Of a DNA stretch of 58,095 nt, positions 32,686 to 41,838 are shown piece after piece. Position numbers and translations under genes: made by a program. The number at the start of each line of letters is the position of its first letter. Position 1 is the first letter of the stretch. The stretch covers positions 1-58,095 of the forward strand of contig CAMWHY010000001.1 of the NCBI GenBank assembly GCA_947174185.1. Reading direction: 5' to 3'. This DNA is from an uncultured Lachnospiraceae bacterium (GTDB lineage: Bacteria > Bacillota > Clostridia > Lachnospirales > Lachnospiraceae). A model generated the notes under the pieces. The model was not told the DNA's origin. It searched no databases and saw only the letters and a program-made list of their open reading frames with translations.

Positions 32686-33854
32686 CCCAACGCAATCTTC
32701 AGCATCCTTTTCAGCGCCTTCGGGTAATTATACTCCTCCCTGACTTTCTGATATCCTGCCATCGCTATCTTTAAGCGCTCCTTTTCATGAGAAATATAAT
32801 AAGCTGCTTTCTCCATCATCTCATCCAGATCATGAAAAAGTACGATCTCCTTATCCGGAACAAACAACTCCTCCATCTCCTCCTGATAATTGCTCATGGC
32901 AAATCCGCCGACGCTCATGATATCAAAAATCCTCTGGGGCACACCCGTTTCAATGGATCGCATCGTAAGATTCAAATTAATCTTGCTGGCAAAGAAAACC
33001 TTATACATCTCACTCTCATAAGATACCTTAGGACGAATCTCCACACCTGGCAGTTCTCCCTCCTCCACCTCACTATAGGTATATAATCGTGTCTCGAATC
33101 GTTCTGCCAGCCGTGTCAGGGCTCTCTTACGCTCTATGCCTGCCACATTCTCGGAAACAATCAGGATATCCGTCAAAAATTCATGATCCATCAGATATCC
33201 GGGACTGTCGGTAACACATCCCTCCACCGCAGCGCGTACCGCCGGGTTCAACTTGCCAAACACAGTCTTTCCTTTTCCCCAATCACATGCCAGCGCATCC
33301 AGCTCCGCCCAAAAGGCCTTCCGCAATGCCGGGTCCATCGCCTCTAAAAGAGACTGGAAATAATCTTTTTTATAAAGCGTACCAACAAATGCAATGTCAG
33401 CCTCATAGGAAACAATCTCTTCATCCGTAATATTTAAGGCGGAAGTCCGCGCGATATTGGCTGCCAGCGGCTGATAATATACATGTTGTAAACCAATCGC
33501 CTTCAGTCGTTCCACCTGCGTCCGGTCAAATGCAAATACATAACTGGTGGGATAGAATGCTTCTTTATGATATAAAGCCGCCTGGGGACTGTCATAAACC
33601 CAGGAAATATAGGGCAGATTCTTCTGATGACAAAGCTCCGCCACCATCATAGAGAAATTCTGCGTCACCACAAAATCCGTATCTCCTAAATTTTTTTCCA
33701 ATTCCTGATATTGCTCCTGCGTAAAATCATTTAAGGTAACGATATATTCCGATATGGTAACATCCACGCCGAGTTCCAACAGTCCCCATATAATATCATC
33801 CTTATTGATCCTCTCAGAATTAAAATAGTACGCCCTAAGTCCCGCAAAATCCAT
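32682..33854 (-). CDS. CgeB/DUF3880-family GT-B glycosyltransferase
   Basis: SWVYDSP, SKINLNLTMRSIETGVPQRIFDI. Confidence 0.87.
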   Translation of the reverse strand: MDFAGLRAYYFNSERINKDDIIWGLLELGVDVTISEYIVTLNDFTQEQYQELEKNLGDTDFVVTQNFSMMVAELCHQKNLPYISWVYDSPQAALYHKEAFYPTSYVFAFDRTQVERLKAIGLQHVYYQPLAANIARTSALNITDEEIVSYEADIAFVGTLYKKDYFQSLLEAMDPALRKAFWAELDALACDWGKGKTVFGKLNPAVRAAVEGCVTDSPGYLMDHEFLTDILIVSENVAGIERKRALTRLAERFETRLYTYSEVEEGELPGVEIRPKVSYESEMYKVFFASKINLNLTMRSIETGVPQRIFDIMSVGGFAMSNYQEEMEELFVPDKEIVLFHDLDEMMEKAAYYISHEKERLKIAMAGYQKVREEYNYPKALKRMLKIALG

Positions 33855-33952
33855 TGTATTGTCGATATCCTTTCTTTTTGTCTATGTCCTGATCAAACAA
33901 TCAAATCATATGATATAATTAACTATACACTACTTTTCCAAATTTTCCAACT

Positions 33953-33984
33953 AAAAAAAGGGCGGCCTTTCGGACCGCCCTTTC
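33953..33984 (-). terminator. Terminator of the downstream flagellin
   Basis: AAAGGGCGGTC-CGAAA-GGCCGCCCTTTTTTT. Confidence 0.85.
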
Positions 33985-34001
33985 TATGGTAGTTAATGTA
34001 A

Positions 34002-34820
34002 TTAACCAAGAAGTGATAATACGTTCTGGTTGGACTGGTTTGCCTGTGCCAACATAGATGTACCTGCCTGAGCAAGGATCTGGTTGTTGGAGTAGCGAAC
34101 CATTTCTGTCGCCATATCTGTATCACGGATCTGGGACTCAGCTGCTGTCGTATTCTCAACAACGTTATCCAGGTTCTTGATGGTATGCTCAAGTCTGTTC
34201 TGAACTGCACCAAGGTCTGAACGCATCTTAGATACTGATGCAAGAGCTGTCTTGATGGAGCAGATTGCGCTCTGAGCACCGCTGTTGTCTGCACCGGAGA
34301 TGCTTACACCACTGATGTTGATACCAGTTGTGTTCATGGATCCGATAGAGATTGCGATGAACTGTCCTGCCTCTGCACCTACCTGCAGGTTCTTTCCTGT
34401 GAAGGAACCATCCAACAGGTTCTGCTCGTTAAATGTTGTTGTACTAGCAACACGGTCGATCTCACTCTTAAGAGCCTGAACTTCGCTGTCAAGATATCCA
34501 CGGTCTGCAGATGTCATTGTGTCGTTGGAAGCCTGGATTGCCAGAGTGTTCATTCTCTGAAGCATATCATGTACTTCTGCCAGAGCACCTTCAGCTGTCT
34601 GTACACAAGAAATACCATCCTGTGCATTTGCGGAAGCCTGTGTCAAACCTTTGATCTGACGTCTCATCTTCTCACTGATTGCTAAGCCTGCTGCATCATC
34701 TGCCGCTCTGTTTACTTTGTAACCGGAAGATAACTTCTCAGTTGACTTTGCCTGAGCGCCTGTTGTGATACCTAACATTCTGTTGCTGTTCATTGCTGTT
34801 AAATTGTGCTGTACTACCAT
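34002..34820 (-). CDS. fliC: Flagellin (short, D0/D1 only)
   Basis: [39 protein letters not shown]. Confidence 0.97.
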   Translation of the reverse strand: MVVQHNLTAMNSNRMLGITTGAQAKSTEKLSSGYKVNRAADDAAGLAISEKMRRQIKGLTQASANAQDGISCVQTAEGALAEVHDMLQRMNTLAIQASNDTMTSADRGYLDSEVQALKSEIDRVASTTTFNEQNLLDGSFTGKNLQVGAEAGQFIAISIGSMNTTGINISGVSISGADNSGAQSAICSIKTALASVSKMRSDLGAVQNRLEHTIKNLDNVVENTTAAESQIRDTDMATEMVRYSNNQILAQAGTSMLAQANQSNQNVLSLLG

Positions 34821-34905
34821 ACCTTTTTTCCTCCTTGAAATAAGATTTTCCTTTTTTTGTACAGTATGTATCTCCGATACACTGTACTCTTGTTTTCTGT
34901 TATAT

Positions 34906-34932
34906 ATATCGGAACAAGTTTAAGATACTTTA
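34906..34932 (-). promoter_or_regulatory. Sigma28 promoter
   Basis: TAAA-N15-TCCGATAT. Confidence 0.85.
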
Positions 34933-35018
34933 CCCCTAAATTGAATATTTTTTAAAAATTATATTTTATAGCCTTTTTCAATACCGTTCACTCAGCCAGA
35001 CATCTGAATACGCATAAC

Positions 35019-35047
35019 AAAAGAGCCACCCTTTCGGATGGCCCTTT
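35019..35047 (-). terminator. Terminator of the upstream flagellin
   Basis: AAAGGGCCATC-CGAAA-GGGTGGCTCTTTT. Confidence 0.8.
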
Positions 35048-35065
35048 CTATGGTAGCTAATGTAA

Positions 35066-35884
35066 TTAACCAAGAAGTGATAATACGTTCTGGTTGGACT
35101 GGTTTGCCTGTGCCAACATAGATGTACCTGCCTGAGCAAGGATCTGGTTGTTGGAGTAGCGAACCATTTCTGTCGCCATATCTGTATCACGGATCTGGGA
35201 CTCAGCTGCTGTCGTATTCTCAACAACGTTATCCAGGTTCTTGATGGTATGCTCAAGTCTGTTCTGAACTGCACCAAGGTCTGAACGCATCTTAGATACT
35301 GATGCAAGAGCTGTCTTGATGGAGCAGATTGCGCTCTGAGCACCGCTGTTGTCTGCACCGGAGATGCTTACACCACTGATGTTGATACCAGTTGTGTTCA
35401 TGGATCCGATAGAGATTGCGATGAACTGTCCTGCCTCTGCACCTACCTGCAGGTTCTTTCCTGTGAAGGAACCATCCAACAGGTTCTGCTCGTTAAATGT
35501 TGTTGTACTAGCAACACGGTCGATCTCACTCTTAAGAGCCTGAACTTCGCTGTCAAGATATCCACGGTCTGCAGATGTCATTGTGTCGTTGGAAGCCTGG
35601 ATTGCCAGAGTGTTCATTCTCTGAAGCATATCATGTACTTCTGCCAGAGCACCTTCAGCTGTCTGTACACAAGAAATACCATCCTGTGCATTTGCGGAAG
35701 CCTGTGTCAAACCTTTGATCTGACGTCTCATCTTCTCACTGATTGCTAAGCCTGCTGCATCATCTGCCGCTCTGTTTACTTTGTAACCGGAAGATAACTT
35801 CTCAGTTGACTTTGCCTGAGCGCCTGTTGTGATACCTAACATTCTGTTGCTGTTCATTGCTGTTAAATTGTGCTGTACTACCAT
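35066..35884 (-). CDS. fliC: Flagellin, identical copy of 34002-34820
   Basis: Same 272 aa translation; no nucleotide difference found by eye. Confidence 0.97.
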   Translation of the reverse strand: MVVQHNLTAMNSNRMLGITTGAQAKSTEKLSSGYKVNRAADDAAGLAISEKMRRQIKGLTQASANAQDGISCVQTAEGALAEVHDMLQRMNTLAIQASNDTMTSADRGYLDSEVQALKSEIDRVASTTTFNEQNLLDGSFTGKNLQVGAEAGQFIAISIGSMNTTGINISGVSISGADNSGAQSAICSIKTALASVSKMRSDLGAVQNRLEHTIKNLDNVVENTTAAESQIRDTDMATEMVRYSNNQILAQAGTSMLAQANQSNQNVLSLLG

Positions 35885-35960
35885 ACCTTTTTCCTCCTTG
35901 AAATAAGATTTGCGACTTCCCTGCCGCTGTTATTTTGGAGCTTTGCTCCTTGTATTATAT

Positions 35961-35987
35961 ATATCGGAAGGTTTCTCCGATACTTAA
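35961..35987 (-). promoter_or_regulatory. Sigma28 promoter
   Basis: TTAA-N15-TCCGATAT. Confidence 0.8.
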
Positions 35988-36015
35988 TACCTTAAATGAA
36001 TTTTTTTTATTTTTT

Positions 36016-36492
36016 TTAATTCTTTTTGTCCATCAACTGCGGGTCGATCAAATTCACTTTATTCATACTGCGATAGTAATTGGATGCCACTTTGGATGTT
36101 GTCTTATTTTGCTGCAGCTTTTTCCTTTCCTCTGTCATCTTCATTTCGACCAACTCTTTATTCCTGCGTTCCGCAGCCATAAGCGTAGCGCTGGCGTCAG
36201 AAACCGCCTGAATCTTCTTCTGGATCGAAGCGACAAACTCTTTATGCTGCTCTTTATCTTTCAGAAGTTCTTCTCTGATACGTTCATATACACTTTCAAA
36301 TCCGTCATCCATCCGGTCCAGACGCTCGATCAGCTCCGCTTTCTTCTCTACCAGATCATCAAATCCAGTCCAGTCAACCGGATCTTTTTCCAGAGATGCC
36401 TTCTGTGTTGCAGTCATCTCTATCATCTCATCCAGCATCTGCTTCTTCTGATCCAGACTCTGATCAAGCATCTTTAAATATTGTTTCACCAT
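36016..36492 (-). CDS. Flagellar chaperone-like protein (FlgN/FliT family)
   Basis: Coiled-coil 158 aa, follows fliS; C-terminal ...MDKKN. Confidence 0.7.
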   Translation of the reverse strand: MVKQYLKMLDQSLDQKKQMLDEMIEMTATQKASLEKDPVDWTGFDDLVEKKAELIERLDRMDDGFESVYERIREELLKDKEQHKEFVASIQKKIQAVSDASATLMAAERRNKELVEMKMTEERKKLQQNKTTSKVASNYYRSMNKVNLIDPQLMDKKN

Positions 36493-36505
36493 ATATGGCT
36501 CCTTA

Positions 36506-36898
36506 CTAACTATCCTGTACTGTCGGCTGCTTTGCCTTCTTCATAACTTCCTTCCATGTATCCCGCATAGAATTCAGATGCGCCTTGACTTCTTCCAAGA
36601 TCTCTTTATCCTTAGATACATTGGCTTCAAACAGCCTTCTCAAAAGATAACGATAAACATTATCAAAATGTTCCGCCACCGGATATTTATGATTCAGCGT
36701 GGCCCGAAACTCATCAATGATCCTCTGCACCTTTATAATATTGATATGCGCCTTCTGAATATCATCCTGCTCTATCGCCATAATCGCAATATTGCAAAAC
36801 TTTATCGCTCCCTCATATAACATCAGCGTCAATTCCGCGGGAGTAGCCGACATAACCTTATTTGTATTATATTGTGCATACGGATTATTTGGTGCCAT
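36506..36898 (-). CDS. fliS: Flagellar export chaperone FliS
   Basis: ATPAELTLMLYEGAI, LFEANV, RDTWKE. Confidence 0.95.
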   Translation of the reverse strand: MAPNNPYAQYNTNKVMSATPAELTLMLYEGAIKFCNIAIMAIEQDDIQKAHINIIKVQRIIDEFRATLNHKYPVAEHFDNVYRYLLRRLFEANVSKDKEILEEVKAHLNSMRDTWKEVMKKAKQPTVQDS

Positions 36899-36939
36899 TG
36901 CTCATCTTTCCTCCAGTGTCTGATTGCCTATTAGACAAA

Positions 36940-38541
36940 TTACATACCGCCGAACATACCAGCAACTGCTGTCTGCTTGGAATTCAGCTTTGCAAGCGCA
37001 GTCTCCATTCTGGAAAACTTCTGGTAATATCTGTCTTCCATATCCGTAAGTGCTTTCTCTAACTCAGCAATCTTCTTATCCCACTCGGTTGCCTCAGACT
37101 TCAGCTGCTTATCATTATATACCTTATAAATACTGCTGAATTCTGAAGTCCCCATCTTGGAGAAGAGATCGTCATACATCTTATTGGAAAACTGCTGGAA
37201 GAATGATGTCACTGCTTCCGGATCAGATGCAATCAGACTCATCAACTTATCATCTTTGGTTCCAGTCATGGTATCGTCCGAATCGCCGTCGATATGCAGC
37301 ATATATCTGCTTTCCTCATCTGTATCAAAGTATCCGCCAGTAGCAATACCGAAGTCAGCCAGATACATCTTCTTGCCATTCACCATGAAACCTTCATTCG
37401 TCACATTTACCATGGTCATCATGACGTCATAAAGTGTATTGTCTTTACGAAGGAGAGAATCCTTGATCTTCTTTTCCCATTCCTCGATCTCCTTCTCAGA
37501 CATTGCAGACTTCTGATCGTCAGTCAAAGGCTCATATCCCTTTGAAGAATCTGCATTGTAAAGCTTTGACATCTCACCGATGAGGTCGTTGTACTCCTTG
37601 AGCATATCCTTGATGACATTATATACACCATCATAATCAGGCTGCGTCGTAATGGAGATTTCCTCATCCTCGTTAGCGGGCATATTATTGATCGTATAAG
37701 TTGAACCATTGATGATAAATGTGTTCGATGTGGAAGTAAACTCCGCACCGTTCAATTCTAATTTCGCGTCGCTGCCGTCGATCTTGGTTGCAGCCTTTGC
37801 CAGCAATTTATCCTGTTCTTCTTTTGTCAGGCTGTCAAAATCAGGAGTTGCTTCCTTTACCTGCTCCTTATTAGCGAGACCCAGCTTCATCAGCGTATCT
37901 ACATCACCGGAAAAGCTAAAATCATTAGCCACTCCTGTATCCTTTGCCTGCAGGAACAGTCTCTGATTACCCGCATCATAATTAGCATTAACGCCAGCGT
38001 CCTTCAGGGTTTTCACCAGTTCGTTCATGGAATTAACGACTACTGCATCGGAACCTTCCTGTGCCTCACCGCCGATCTGGATGGTCTTTTCCTTACCATT
38101 GTTACCTTTGATCGTAATTGTAGATCCCTCTGTGATCCCCAGTTCTTCTGTCAGTTTTGCCGTAGGATCCAGCTTTTCGCCATCCAAATTTTCAATCTTG
38201 CTGCCAGTCATATAAGCAGCTTTAGCCAGACCCTTGATCTTTGCTGTCTGGATACCGTTTACAGCATTCGCTCCCGCCACAACAGTAAGCGCGCTGTTAG
38301 AAGTTGTCACCTTTGTTTTTTTATAAGCCTTTGACAAACGGTTATTAGAAAGTGTTTTATTATAAAAACTAAAGATCTTCGTATTAATATCCTGCCATGC
38401 CGACTGCGTCCATGTGTTCAGGGTTTTCTTATTCTTTGCGTCCTGCACTTTCTTGGATGCTTTTGATGTATATGCCGTAATAATGGCCTCCGTATCAAGT
38501 CCGGAATTCAATCCGGTCATTCTTATCAAATCTGAACTCAT
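36940..38541 (-). CDS. fliD: Flagellar filament cap FliD
   Basis: MTGLNSGLDTE N-terminus, YYQKFSRMETAL C-terminus. Confidence 0.93.
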   Translation of the reverse strand: MSSDLIRMTGLNSGLDTEAIITAYTSKASKKVQDAKNKKTLNTWTQSAWQDINTKIFSFYNKTLSNNRLSKAYKKTKVTTSNSALTVVAGANAVNGIQTAKIKGLAKAAYMTGSKIENLDGEKLDPTAKLTEELGITEGSTITIKGNNGKEKTIQIGGEAQEGSDAVVVNSMNELVKTLKDAGVNANYDAGNQRLFLQAKDTGVANDFSFSGDVDTLMKLGLANKEQVKEATPDFDSLTKEEQDKLLAKAATKIDGSDAKLELNGAEFTSTSNTFIINGSTYTINNMPANEDEEISITTQPDYDGVYNVIKDMLKEYNDLIGEMSKLYNADSSKGYEPLTDDQKSAMSEKEIEEWEKKIKDSLLRKDNTLYDVMMTMVNVTNEGFMVNGKKMYLADFGIATGGYFDTDEESRYMLHIDGDSDDTMTGTKDDKLMSLIASDPEAVTSFFQQFSNKMYDDLFSKMGTSEFSSIYKVYNDKQLKSEATEWDKKIAELEKALTDMEDRYYQKFSRMETALAKLNSKQTAVAGMFGGM

Positions 38542-38554
38542 ATTCGATCCCCTC

Positions 38555-38977
38555 CTATCTCTTCTCGTCAACAAACAGTCCAGCATATTCCCAGACTTTT
38601 GCAATCATATCAAGCATCTTCTCCGAAGGAACCTCTTTCAGTACTTCCTTCGTCTCCTTATCAACAATCTTTACTGTAATGCGGTTCGTACCTTCATGGA
38701 TGCCAAACTGGGATTCCACTTTAACATCTTTCTTGTTCAGTTCCTGAATCGCACGTCTGATTGTTTCGTCTGACATCTCCTTGTTTTGGTTCTGTCCGGA
38801 GCCCTCAGAATCGGCGTCGCTATTTGATGTCTTTGCTACAGCTATCGTCTGTGCATCCACCATAGGCGCATTTGTTTCCAACGGCTTACCTTCCATGGTC
38901 TCCGCTGCAGGCGCAGCCACCGGTTTTGCCGGCTGTGCTGTGTAAGTCATCGCACTGCTTAATGGTTCAATTGTCAT
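38555..38977 (-). CDS. flaG: Flagellar protein FlaG
   Basis: FGIHE..NRITVKIVDKETKEVLKEVPSE...GLFVDEKR. Confidence 0.92.
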   Translation of the reverse strand: MTIEPLSSAMTYTAQPAKPVAAPAAETMEGKPLETNAPMVDAQTIAVAKTSNSDADSEGSGQNQNKEMSDETIRRAIQELNKKDVKVESQFGIHEGTNRITVKIVDKETKEVLKEVPSEKMLDMIAKVWEYAGLFVDEKR

Positions 38978-39042
38978 TTTACCCACCTCCATGTGAATAT
39001 TTTTAGTAAATTAAAATCATAAAGATATTTACTTACAACTAT

Positions 39043-39069
39043 ATATCGGATATATTATAATATCTCTTA
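39043..39069 (-). promoter_or_regulatory. Sigma28 promoter for flaG-fliD-fliS
   Basis: TAAG-N15-TCCGATAT. Confidence 0.75.
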
Positions 39070-39132
39070 AGATATTTCGCAGCTTTAAATCATAAATTTT
39101 TTGTGTATTTTTCATAAATTTTCCATAAACCA

Positions 39133-39351
39133 CTACTCAAACAATTTTTTGAAAGCTTCCGGCGACGGCTCTGTCATCGCTTCCTTATTCGCTTCCTGAA
39201 TCTGCACATACACTTCTTTACGATATACCGGAATCTCCTTGGGCGCACTAATGCCGATCTTTACCTGATCTCCCTTTACCTCCAGGACCGTGATCTCGAT
39301 ATTGTTGTTGATCATCAGGGATTCCCCTTTTTTTCTGGATAATGCCAGCAT
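39133..39351 (-). CDS. csrA: Carbon storage regulator CsrA
   Basis: MLALSRKKGESLMI, VKIGISAPKEIPVYRKE. Confidence 0.97.
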   Translation of the reverse strand: MLALSRKKGESLMINNNIEITVLEVKGDQVKIGISAPKEIPVYRKEVYVQIQEANKEAMTEPSPEAFKKLFE

Positions 39352-39353
39352 CC

Positions 39354-39818
39354 TTACACACCTTCCTTTCCGTCTGCTTTTTTCGCTGCCTGCAGAATAT
39401 CATAAATATAATGCTTCACGGGATAATCTGCCTCCAGGATTACCTGGCTGGCTTTCTTGGTATCTGCATTGATAATCAGCGGAGCCTTCAGGTTCACGCT
39501 CATTTTCGTCAAGTCGGAAGGAACCGTAATCGTAACAAGCACCAGAATATTATCCATTCCTCCGATGGTTGTCAGAAGTTCATCATCTACCAACGGCGCA
39601 TAATCCTGCTTCACTGCCAGCGGATCGATCACAGGCATGGCAAATCCCGGCTCCTGAACTGACTGCATCCAGCTGATGCCGCCCTTCAATCCCTGATCCG
39701 CATCATGGATCAACGCAAAATCAACCAGTTCCGGAAACCCAATAATTCCTGCCGGGAAGTGTATCATCTTACTATCATCAATCGTTACTTCTCCAAAAAT
39801 CCGTGTATTAATTACCAT
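39354..39818 (-). CDS. fliW: Flagellar assembly factor FliW
   Basis: TRIFG, FPAGIIGF, WMQS, NLKAPLIIN. Confidence 0.95.
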   Translation of the reverse strand: MVINTRIFGEVTIDDSKMIHFPAGIIGFPELVDFALIHDADQGLKGGISWMQSVQEPGFAMPVIDPLAVKQDYAPLVDDELLTTIGGMDNILVLVTITVPSDLTKMSVNLKAPLIINADTKKASQVILEADYPVKHYIYDILQAAKKADGKEGV

Positions 39819-39924
39819 ATCCTGTTCCCTCCATTTATTATTTTACCGCAGTTTCATTACTGAATCTTCTCATGATTTCAGAATGCACCGCAATCACTCC
39901 ACACAAAATCCTATGTTGAAATTT

Positions 39925-41496
39925 TTACAAATAATTCAGCAACGTTGTCTTGATCATGCTGCTGGTGGCCATCAGTGCAGCCTCATAGGAAACCTCCGCA
40001 CTGGAAAGATTGACAGCAACCTCTGTCTCGTCCGCATCCTCATTATCAGACTTTAAGGTATCAAATGTCTCCTTCTGATCCGTCAGCCTGTTATTGATCA
40101 GCGCCAGCCTTGCCGAACGGTTTCCTACCACTGTCAGCGCTTCATCAGCATTATGCTGATAGCCCTGCATCTTTGTAATAAAATGGCTGAATTTCTTCTG
40201 AAGCTGATCCTTTGTAAATGTCTCCGCCTTTTCCGCCGCTTCCAGATCCAGGGCGATCGCTTTTCTGTCGTCCTCGGAATATTTGGTATCTGTAGACATT
40301 TCTTTCAGCTTTGCTTTCATATTCTCAATATCCGTCAGTTTATTCGCCAGATCAGTGATCTCCATAACATCTCTTCCAATCCCGTGCTTATAAACATCTT
40401 CTGCGTAAGTATTGACCTGAATGTACTGGTTAAATCCTACCTGATATTCTATCGGCTGCCCGATCGTCCGATTCTGCGGATAATCCGGATTATAGTTGAT
40501 CGTCAAAGGATTGCCGTCTTGATCCTCCAACGTATCCAGTGTTTCCGTCTTAAAATAATGCTGGGGACGAAGATCCGTTGACTTCCAATTCGTCTTGGAA
40601 TATGTGATCGTATATGTTTCATCCGTTTTCTGCATGTCCTGATAGATGTCAGCCCCCATTAAAAGTTCACCCGTGGAAGGTACCATAACTAACTTATCGG
40701 GATTCGCCGCAATATACTCATAAGCCTTTGCAGGATCAGTCATGATCTCTGCAGTTTGAGGAGTCCCTATAACATTGCCATCTGCATCCAGTTTTTTGAT
40801 GGTGACATCCATCGCACCGCCTTCCAGATCCGTCTGTTCCTCATCCAGATTGCCATATGCCACGCGGAAACGAAAATAATCCACCTGCGTGATATCATTT
40901 TCCGTAATCAGAGGGTCCGTGCCATCGGCATACGTCGTCTCACTTAAGTTTCTGAGATCAGCGGAATCCGAAGCAATATCAATAAATGTCTCCTGCTCCA
41001 GTGCCGAACGATCAAATGCCTCGGTAATCACATACTGCTTTTCCGTCTGTGTTCCAAAGGTCAATGAAGTATCCGTCCGGTATCCTGTAAAGATATATCT
41101 TCCGGCATAATCACCCTTGCCGGTATCATAAACTTCCTGATATAGTTTGTTTAAGCTCTCAATAATAACCTTGCGGTCCTCTGTTTTCAGCTGGTCACTG
41201 GCTCCCTTTTCACACTGCTCTATCATATCCTTCAATACGGATACTGTCGTCTTTAACGCGCCCTCTGTCAGCTTCAGCCAGCTTTCAGCATCGGGAACAT
41301 TTTTCTTAAGATACTGTGTCACCTGATCCACATCGCTTCTAAGCCGCAGTGCGCGGATCGCAACAATCGGATCCTCAGACGGCCTGTTTACCTTTTTTCC
41401 GGTAGCAAGCTGGGTATTTAACATATCCTGAGCCACTTTATTGTTATTAATGTTAACCAATGCATTGTTCTGCATTACCTTATTTGTAATACGCAC
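39925..41496 (-). CDS. flgL: Flagellar hook-associated protein FlgL
   Basis: MRITN, ATGKKVNRPSEDP, GRYIFTGY, TLLNYL. Confidence 0.93.
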   Translation of the reverse strand: MRITNKVMQNNALVNINNNKVAQDMLNTQLATGKKVNRPSEDPIVAIRALRLRSDVDQVTQYLKKNVPDAESWLKLTEGALKTTVSVLKDMIEQCEKGASDQLKTEDRKVIIESLNKLYQEVYDTGKGDYAGRYIFTGYRTDTSLTFGTQTEKQYVITEAFDRSALEQETFIDIASDSADLRNLSETTYADGTDPLITENDITQVDYFRFRVAYGNLDEEQTDLEGGAMDVTIKKLDADGNVIGTPQTAEIMTDPAKAYEYIAANPDKLVMVPSTGELLMGADIYQDMQKTDETYTITYSKTNWKSTDLRPQHYFKTETLDTLEDQDGNPLTINYNPDYPQNRTIGQPIEYQVGFNQYIQVNTYAEDVYKHGIGRDVMEITDLANKLTDIENMKAKLKEMSTDTKYSEDDRKAIALDLEAAEKAETFTKDQLQKKFSHFITKMQGYQHNADEALTVVGNRSARLALINNRLTDQKETFDTLKSDNEDADETEVAVNLSSAEVSYEAALMATSSMIKTTLLNYL

Positions 41497-41600
41497 GAAA
41501 TAACCTCCTTATGTGAATCCGTTCCTGTTATTCTCAATCCCTTGAATCATGTTAGCATTTCATAATGTATATCGTCAATCTTTTTCAACTCCATAAGACT

Positions 41601-41741
41601 TTAGATTGAAAAATCATAGAGTTTTTCAAAACCGAATAAATTCGGTTTGCAAATATTGTGCCTGCGGAAGCATACAACAAAAAGCTTACGCTTTTCGTTG
41701 TCGAGAATTCGCAGGTTACGGAAAGGCATGGTGATTAGTAT
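41601..41741 (+). repeat. Modular palindromic intergenic repeat (longest member)
   Basis: Same terminal modules as 32599-32685 with extra internal hairpins (AAACCGAA-TAAA-TTCGGTTT; ACAAC.AAAAGC...GCTTTTCGTTGT). Confidence 0.8.
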
Positions 41742-41748
41742 AAAAAAT

Positions 41749-41803
41749 TTGGACAAACGACTTTTGCACGAAACATCCTTTCGCACAAATGTCGTTTGTC
41801 CAA
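41749..41803. other. Long hairpin between flgK and flgL
   Basis: TTGGACAAACGAC...GTCGTTTGTCCAA. Confidence 0.65.
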
Positions 41804-41838
41804 TAGCTTTGCTGCATACGAACGAAAAATACTTATGC

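Noticed and set aside
41601-41786. Small ORFs with RKGMV/MPFRNL motifs (41601-41786, 41647-42213)
   Set aside because: Chance translations of the intergenic repeat family
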